A stretch of DNA of 64,000 nt, taken from the NCBI GenBank assembly GCA_045612365.1, contig JAZKYY010000010.1, positions 5,431 to 69,430 on the forward strand. Reading direction: 5' to 3'. The DNA comes from Paludibacteraceae bacterium. GTDB lineage: Bacteria > Bacteroidota > Bacteroidia > Bacteroidales > Paludibacteraceae. Below the pieces are notes generated by a model. The model did not search any database, was not told where the DNA came from, and saw only the letters and a program-made list of their open reading frames with translations. The translations under genes and the position numbers were made by a program. Positions 57,859 to 64,000 of this stretch are shown piece by piece (within the stretch, counting starts at the first letter, position 1; every line of letters begins with the position of its first letter).

Positions 57859-59769
57859 ATGGCAGAGAGATTAACCATAATTGATTTTGTAGAAAAGTAT
57901 GTAGAAAAATATGCAGAAAATCCTTTTCTTTGGGAAAAAGATTTAGATGCAAATAAGTGGAAATCAACTTCTTACGAAGATGTGTTGCATCAAGCAAAAC
58001 GCATTGCTGCAGGGCTTATGGCTCTTGGTGTGGAGAAAGGCGAAAAGGTGTCGTACTTGAGCGAGGGTCGTAACATGTGGGTGATAGGCGAACTCGGTGT
58101 GCTCTATGCGGGTGCGGTAAATGTGCCACTCTCTATTAAACTCGAGGAAACTAACGACTTGGTTTTCCGTGTAAAACATTCAGATTCGAAGTATATTATT
58201 ACATCAAAATTTCAGTTGCACAAGGTGCGTAAAATTCTTCCTGAATGTCCAATGGTGGAAAAAGTGATTATTTTTGACGAAGTAGATGACAAACAACCAA
58301 ATGAAATCTACATCAACGAAATAATGGCCATGGGTGATGACTTTTTGGCGACAAATGCAGAAAAACTTGTGGAACGTTATCGCTCCATCTCTCCCGATGA
58401 TTATGCCAACATCAGTTATACCTCGGGAACTACTGCTGACCCTAAAGGTATTTTGCTTACACATCGTAACTACACGGCAAATGTGGAGCAAGCACATTCG
58501 GTAATTGGTGTTACGCCTCAAGATAGAATGCTCATTATTCTTCCGCTCGATCATTGCTTTGCTCATGTGGCAGGTTTCTACACCATGATGTCATACGGTG
58601 CATCAATAGGTACGGTACCTTCGGGTAAGTCGGGGAAGGAGGCACTTCGTAACATCCCAATGAGCATCAAGGAGTTGAAACCAAACGTAATGCTTTCGGT
58701 GCCAACGTTAGCAAAAAGTTTCAAAAAGAACATTGAAACCACAATAAAAAAAAGTGGACATTTGGTAGAGTCTCTCTACAATTTTGCATTGAGAAATGCT
58801 ATTGCTTACAACAAAGAGGGTTACAATAAAGGCACTGAATTTGTAGATGTTTTTCGCAAACCGATAATGAATCTTTTTGATAAAATTATTTTCAAAAAGG
58901 TACGCGAAGGACTTGGGGGCGAAATGAAGTTTTTTGTAGGTGGAGGTGCGTTGCTCGACATTGATCTTCAGCGCTATTATTATGCTATAGGCATTCCAAT
59001 GTATCAAGGTTATGGACTTTCGGAAGCAACTCCGATTATCTCGGCCAACTCTCCAGCAAAGCACATTTTCGGTTCGTCGGGTAAGGTGGTTTCGCCAATG
59101 GAGATAAAAATCTTAGATGCCGATGGTGTGGAGCAACCTTTTGGGTCGAAGGGTGAAATTTGTATTAAAGGCGAAAACGTGATGGCAGGTTATTGGAAAA
59201 ATCCAAAATCTACAGCCGAAACGGTTGTTGATGGTTGGCTCCATACGGGTGATATGGGCTATATGCTCAACGAAGAGATGCTTTACGTGGTTGGACGTTT
59301 CAAATCGTTGCTTATTGCTGCCGATGGGGAAAAATATTCTCCTGAAGGAATTGAAGAAAACTTGGTAGAAAACTCTAAATACATAGATGGTGTAATACTT
59401 CACAATAATCAAGATCCTTACACTATTGCTCTTGTGACGCCAAACAAAGAGGCACTTAAGGCGTATGTAAAAAGACATGGACTTGACGTTGAAACGCAAG
59501 AGGCAAAAGCACTAATGCTTGAAAAAATTCAGTCGGAGGTGAATTGTTATCGCAAGGGTGGTAGACTCTACGGTGCATTCCCAGAAAGATGGTTGCCTGC
59601 TGCCGTGTGTGTGTTGCCAGAACCATGGACGGAGCAAAATCATTTCCTCAATAGTTCGATGAAAGTGGTGCGTGGTAGGGTAGAAGAAGCCTACAAAGCA
59701 AACATTGAGTTTGCTTACACGCCTGATGGCAAAAACATCGTGAACGAGATGAATTTGGCATCGCTATAA
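57859..59769 (+). CDS. Long-chain-fatty-acid--CoA ligase (AMP-binding family)
   Basis: AMP-binding motif 'YTSGTTADPKG', plus 'YGLSE' and 'GWLHTGDMG'. Confidence 0.9.
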   Translation: MAERLTIIDFVEKYVEKYAENPFLWEKDLDANKWKSTSYEDVLHQAKRIAAGLMALGVEKGEKVSYLSEGRNMWVIGELGVLYAGAVNVPLSIKLEETNDLVFRVKHSDSKYIITSKFQLHKVRKILPECPMVEKVIIFDEVDDKQPNEIYINEIMAMGDDFLATNAEKLVERYRSISPDDYANISYTSGTTADPKGILLTHRNYTANVEQAHSVIGVTPQDRMLIILPLDHCFAHVAGFYTMMSYGASIGTVPSGKSGKEALRNIPMSIKELKPNVMLSVPTLAKSFKKNIETTIKKSGHLVESLYNFALRNAIAYNKEGYNKGTEFVDVFRKPIMNLFDKIIFKKVREGLGGEMKFFVGGGALLDIDLQRYYYAIGIPMYQGYGLSEATPIISANSPAKHIFGSSGKVVSPMEIKILDADGVEQPFGSKGEICIKGENVMAGYWKNPKSTAETVVDGWLHTGDMGYMLNEEMLYVVGRFKSLLIAADGEKYSPEGIEENLVENSKYIDGVILHNNQDPYTIALVTPNKEALKAYVKRHGLDVETQEAKALMLEKIQSEVNCYRKGGRLYGAFPERWLPAAVCVLPEPWTEQNHFLNSSMKVVRGRVEEAYKANIEFAYTPDGKNIVNEMNLASL

Positions 59770-59790
59770 AAGCAGAAAAACTAAATCATA

Positions 59791-59824
59791 AAAATCCACT
59801 TTTTATAAAGAGTGGATTTTTTTG
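59791..59824. terminator. Bidirectional rho-independent terminator
   Basis: Perfect 10-bp stem AAAATCCACT/AGTGGATTTT plus a T-run. It sits between convergent genes at the GC drop into island 2. Confidence 0.85.
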
Positions 59825-59876
59825 TGAATAGTTGTAAAAAAATAAAAAGGAGCAAAATTGCATTCGCCATTACTAT

Positions 59877-62426
59877 TTAATTTAATCCATTCAAATCATT
59901 ATATATATTCTCAAGTTCTTCATGGTCTATTGGATTCTCTGTTGATTCAACCCCCAAATGCAAATCACCACCAGATAGTCGATCAAATAGCCGTTTTAAT
60001 GTATCGATAATAGTAGCATCGGGATTCAAAGTTTTTAATTGATCCCATTGGATTGTATTTTTTCTACCATGAAACTTTACTGGGATTTGGTTGCTGAAAA
60101 CTTTCTCATCAATCATCAATTCTATAGTGTGGCGAAGAATTGCACCAATAACCAATATTTCATTTTCTGTAAATGGAGTTTTATCAAGTAGTCGTTTAGC
60201 ATTGGTTAAATTATTTCTTACATTATCTTGTTTCATTTCAGTGATGACGCCTTTACGATCCCTACCATGTGACTTTACCGAATACAGATAAAGATGTTTA
60301 GTGTTCCTTTGACAAGAAGCATATTGATTCTTGCCACATTCATGTACTCCCCTATAATTTACAAGCGAAGTTTGTAACAATAAATCATGTGAGAATATTA
60401 TTATTTGATTATCAAGTGCTGATAAGCGTTCAACAAGCTTTGCTGTAATAAAATGATCTAAGCTATTAACTGGATCATCCAATATTATAGGATTATTTGA
60501 CAACTTCATTCGTCTCTCTGCAATAAACAGAGCAAGAGCTACACCTTTTTGTTCTCCTTCACTTAATACATCTGTAACAGAATTGTTATTTATAAGCCTC
60601 AGTTGCATAAAAGATTGTCCTCTTGAGGCTCCAGCATCAGATAATTCAACACTTAATTTCTTTAAATCAAGGAAATCTAACTCTTCCTGAAACTTAGACT
60701 TAAGATTTTCGGTTACAAGTGTTTGGCTCGCTGTTTTAGCAAGAGTAGAAATAGTTCTTGTTGATAATTCTGTTTGACATTTCTTTAGTTCCTCAATAAT
60801 GTGCATCTTATCAAACCAATCAACAAACAAATCTTTTTGCTTAGAGATTGTATTCCGTTCAATTAGGGGCTTCATCCGTTCTGATAATTCAGTCACTAAT
60901 TGATTCTTTTTGGTAAGTTCTTCTTGAAGATTGGCTATATTGCTTTTGTACTCTTCGCATATCTCCAATAATGAAACAAAAAGAGAATCTGAAAACTCTG
61001 AATTGGAGGCATTTACATTCTGTTCACATTCAAGCACCTCTAAAAGATGTGTTTTTAACTCTGTACAAGTATTTAATACTTGCTGAATTTTTGAATATAA
61101 AGCAACGCCATTTGCTCTGTTATTTATTAATTCCTTAAATTGTTCTGAAATTGAATAATCAATAGATAATAGAGATATGTTTTGCTTAAGTTTTTGTTTT
61201 ACTTTTAATAACTCGTTGAGTTCGGAATAGCTTTTAGCCGATAAATAAGTGGAATATGCAGCTATAATATCAACAGCATCATTTATTATTGGCTGTCTAC
61301 AATATGGACATATACCATTTTCTAGATTTGCGCTATTTATAAATGAATTACCTGCTTCAATGAATGTCTTCCATTCTTCAGAATTTGTGTTTCCAATCTC
61401 GTTAAGGATTGCTATCTTTAATTTAACTTCTTCATGAGCCTTTCTTGCTACAAGAATTTTTTCAACAATAGTTTTTGTTTGAGATGCAAATTCTTGAATA
61501 TTCCCCTGTACTTTAACTAAATGTTGGTACAATGACTCATATTCAGATTTCTCCCTAGAAGACAATTTTATTTTATCCTCAAAATTAGTTTCTTTTAAAA
61601 CCTTTAATTGTTGCTCTTGCTGCTGTAATTCGGTGCTTTGTTCTTCAGAAAAGACATATCTGTCTTGAATGTATTTTTTCTGATTTGTACGATATGTCTG
61701 TTGAGTTAAAATCCTACATACATCTTCCGAAAGTCCATCTGTATTAATTGTTGGTACAGTTCTTAGTACTGAATCAATTTCAGTCTGCAACCTTCCTTTC
61801 ATATTGTCCATAGTTGTAGTGAGGGCGGTGAATAGATGCAGACCATAAGGTAAAACAATAGCAGAGTCAGCACTTCGTTTCTGTAGGAATGTTTTTGTAT
61901 AATTTGAATCAAATACACTTAATAAAGTTAAAGGGCTAACAGCTCTTGTAGAACCATCCCACGATAAACTTTCGGTATTTGAGCCAACTGTATAAGTCAA
62001 TTCAACATTTATTGGGCAATAAGTTTCGGAATATATATTAGGTCGAAGTTCTGTTTGGTGATTTCCTCCTACTATTTCATTTAATATTCTAAAATAACTA
62101 CTTTTGCCCGAACCGTTTTTGCCGTATAATAAAGTAATATCATTTGAAAATTCAATTGTTTGTTCATTAGCTAACGCACAGACTCCTGAATGATGTGTCA
62201 ATGATAAAAGTTTAATATCGGCATTCTGATTTGACATAGCCGTACTGGGTATTGCTAACACACTTGCAGCATTTGTTTTTAATTGTTGAATAGAGCTTGT
62301 AAGTTCTGCATCAGAAATCGCTCCATTATTATTCACTATCTTGATAATTAAGTCTTTGAGCCATCCATGTGTTTGTGGATTACTTGCTAATTCAACAAGA
62401 TAGTCCTTTGAATGTGTATATTCCAT
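59877..62426 (-). CDS. ABC/SMC-like ATPase with a coiled-coil insert and CxxC zinc hook (AAA_13-type; RloC/PrrC-like candidate)
   Basis: 849 aa. Walker A 'LLYGKNGSGKSS'; a ~450-aa helical insert with a central 'CPYCRQPI'; Walker B/D-loop 'PIILDDPVNSLD'; 'IIFSHD'. A ~180-aa C-terminal domain carries 'LRHTIE' and 'RLSGGDLH' (R-x6-H). Confidence 0.55.
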   Translation of the reverse strand: MEYTHSKDYLVELASNPQTHGWLKDLIIKIVNNNGAISDAELTSSIQQLKTNAASVLAIPSTAMSNQNADIKLLSLTHHSGVCALANEQTIEFSNDITLLYGKNGSGKSSYFRILNEIVGGNHQTELRPNIYSETYCPINVELTYTVGSNTESLSWDGSTRAVSPLTLLSVFDSNYTKTFLQKRSADSAIVLPYGLHLFTALTTTMDNMKGRLQTEIDSVLRTVPTINTDGLSEDVCRILTQQTYRTNQKKYIQDRYVFSEEQSTELQQQEQQLKVLKETNFEDKIKLSSREKSEYESLYQHLVKVQGNIQEFASQTKTIVEKILVARKAHEEVKLKIAILNEIGNTNSEEWKTFIEAGNSFINSANLENGICPYCRQPIINDAVDIIAAYSTYLSAKSYSELNELLKVKQKLKQNISLLSIDYSISEQFKELINNRANGVALYSKIQQVLNTCTELKTHLLEVLECEQNVNASNSEFSDSLFVSLLEICEEYKSNIANLQEELTKKNQLVTELSERMKPLIERNTISKQKDLFVDWFDKMHIIEELKKCQTELSTRTISTLAKTASQTLVTENLKSKFQEELDFLDLKKLSVELSDAGASRGQSFMQLRLINNNSVTDVLSEGEQKGVALALFIAERRMKLSNNPIILDDPVNSLDHFITAKLVERLSALDNQIIIFSHDLLLQTSLVNYRGVHECGKNQYASCQRNTKHLYLYSVKSHGRDRKGVITEMKQDNVRNNLTNAKRLLDKTPFTENEILVIGAILRHTIELMIDEKVFSNQIPVKFHGRKNTIQWDQLKTLNPDATIIDTLKRLFDRLSGGDLHLGVESTENPIDHEELENIYNDLNGLN

Positions 62427-62480
62427 GTGTGAAAGTTTAATTTATTGGCTATGCATAACCTATACGGTAATATCTCGAAA

Positions 62481-63677
62481 TTATGCTGCGTTATAAATTT
62501 GAATCAATTTTGATTTAATATCACTAAATGACAAGTTTGTACTTATATCTGTTAGCAGTCCTGTATTTATAACATAGACAAAAGACTCTTTACGATAATA
62601 TTTTTCACCAAATACCTGTAGAGACTTATCAATTGTGTCAGCTTTAGCTAATAAACAAGTAAGCTGATAATCCCTGTCTATTATTTGGGTCTTATTATCA
62701 GGGTGAGCCTTGGTAAAATGTTGCGTGGCCGTAAGCTTAATTAAGTTTTCAATATAATGAGCAATTTGTGGATATTGTGATTTTGGGAAAATGTGATGAA
62801 TCTGCGTTGCTTCACCATTTCCCCATTGATCGTGTACCTCGCTTTCTTCTTGTATCCTACGAAGCAGATTCATTGCTTTCTGAACATAGTACTGATTGTA
62901 TGCTTCTTGTTGTTCAACATCCTGCTTTTGCTGTGCTTCTTGGCGGGTTATGGATTTATCCTTATTAAGGTCTCTCCAGTTCTTGCGATTATACATCAAA
63001 TCAGAGAATGTAAATGCATACTTGGACATATGTCCTTTTTCTGTCCCATTGATACCATTTTCAACAGCATATATATTTAAGATTTTAGGGAACATTCTTT
63101 TTACCTCAACATCTCCATTAACTTTGGTGTGCCCTATAATAAATCTTATATAACGCTCTTTTAACTCTGAAAAATCTGATTTCGTAATAGTACCCAAAGT
63201 ACATTTACTTTTGTATTCCTCAAAATACTTCCACATATCACTATCTTTCAAAACTTTCTCAAAGTAGCAATATAAGAAGTTATATGCATTTCTTTCCCTT
63301 CGAGCGATATAATCAAGTATATCAAGATTTACAATCCGATAATAATTTGTTCCACCTACCTTAGTTACATCAAGTACATGAGCATATCCCAACATTCGCA
63401 ATGGCTGTTGTATGAATTTATCATACTCATGACGCGCAGTTTTATTGGTAGGCAAAGGCTTATTAAATACAGCTTTTGCATTCTTAATAAAATATTGGGA
63501 CTCCCATATTTCATTTACAGTGAATGTTTTTTCAACATCAATAATGGTGTTAATCACACTGTCAGCAATAAAGCAGACTACATCTGGAGTGCATTTTTGA
63601 TCCATGAATCGTGCATCATTTGACTTGCGCACATCCAAATCAAATTGGTTAAGATATTCGTTGATTACATTTCTCAT
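62481..63677 (-). CDS. HNH-motif endonuclease-like protein (probable restriction enzyme)
   Basis: 398 aa. C-terminal 'QIHHIFPKSQYPQIAHYIENLIKLTATQHFTKAHP' has the HNH pattern. 4-nt overlap with the upstream methyltransferase-like ORF. Confidence 0.55.
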   Translation of the reverse strand: MRNVINEYLNQFDLDVRKSNDARFMDQKCTPDVVCFIADSVINTIIDVEKTFTVNEIWESQYFIKNAKAVFNKPLPTNKTARHEYDKFIQQPLRMLGYAHVLDVTKVGGTNYYRIVNLDILDYIARRERNAYNFLYCYFEKVLKDSDMWKYFEEYKSKCTLGTITKSDFSELKERYIRFIIGHTKVNGDVEVKRMFPKILNIYAVENGINGTEKGHMSKYAFTFSDLMYNRKNWRDLNKDKSITRQEAQQKQDVEQQEAYNQYYVQKAMNLLRRIQEESEVHDQWGNGEATQIHHIFPKSQYPQIAHYIENLIKLTATQHFTKAHPDNKTQIIDRDYQLTCLLAKADTIDKSLQVFGEKYYRKESFVYVINTGLLTDISTNLSFSDIKSKLIQIYNAA

Positions 63678-64000
63678 ATCCTTTGCTGTTTGATTTTTCC
63701 AAAAAAGAAAACAGAGTTATTATCTATGTTAAGTGAGCGTGTTCCCAAGTTACGAGCTATTGCGTAGAACTTGGTAAAACTGTCTGTTGCGTAAAATGCT
63801 AAATCCTCTTCTGTTACAATATCATCATTATTGGCTAATGTGAGGATTGCAACCGAACCATCAGCAATACATCCCTCTGGCATAAAGCACGCTCGTGGAT
63901 TATATGTTAGGTTAGGGAGCAAAATGCAATTTGCCTGATTAAGATACTTAGCAACATCTAACCCCTCAACATCATCTATATAACAATCATAGTCAGGAAT
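63674..64000 (-). CDS. C-terminal part of a probable DNA methyltransferase (target-recognition-type domain); 5' end outside window
   Basis: My hand translation stays open to the window edge ('IPDYDCYIDDVEGLDVAKYLNQANCILLPNLTYNPRACFMPEG...'). The pattern resembles the C-terminal specificity domain of gamma-type N6-adenine methylases. Assignment is tentative. Confidence 0.4.
   Translation of the reverse strand: MPDYDCYIDDVEGLDVAKYLNQANCILLPNLTYNPRACFMPEGCIADGSVAILTLANNDDIVTEEDLAFYATDSFTKFYAIARNLGTRSLNIDNNSVFFFGKIKQQRI

Overview
Low-GC chromosomal segment that looks like Bacteroidota. The evidence is repeated TAnnTTTG -7 promoter motifs, lipoprotein 'SC' signal peptides, a T9SS C-terminal sorting domain, and TonB-dependent receptor plus surface-lipoprotein loci. 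All calls come from reading the ORF translations and the DNA by eye. Homology statements are motif-level recollection, not search results.

Layout:
- 1-40.7 kb is densely packed housekeeping: atpBEFHAG, upp, dcp, argS, ispE, maf, thyA, yicC, an AddB-like nuclease, sialate O-acetylesterase, gdhA, rarA, sialidase, a ferredoxin missing from the ORF track, glnA, the argR-GNAT-argG operon, ompH, GT9 and secG.
- 41.0-45.2 kb is a tight four-gene operon and the most interesting locus. It encodes a DarT-like ADP-ribosyltransferase with a long coiled-coil/ER-K N-terminal extension, a NADAR-like protein, a ZorA-like MotA-family channel with a long helical tail, and a ZorB-like MotB/OmpA protein. It is either a candidate undescribed Zorya-like defence system or two stacked systems.
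- 45.2-52.0 kb (minus strand) is a five-gene corrinoid-uptake operon controlled by a cobalamin riboswitch. Its genes encode a T9SS cargo protein, a DUF4465-like protein, a PKD-repeat surface lipoprotein, a BtuG-like propeller and a BtuB-like receptor. Its GC content is clearly higher than that of its neighbours.
- 52-59.8 kb is housekeeping: pepP, a djlA-like gene, yihY and an acyl-CoA synthetase.
- 59.9-64.0 kb is a second low-GC defence island, cut by the window edge. It holds a methyltransferase C-terminus, an HNH endonuclease-like protein and an RloC/PrrC-like zinc-hook ATPase.

I recognised no rRNA, tRNA, CRISPR array, integrase or transposase.
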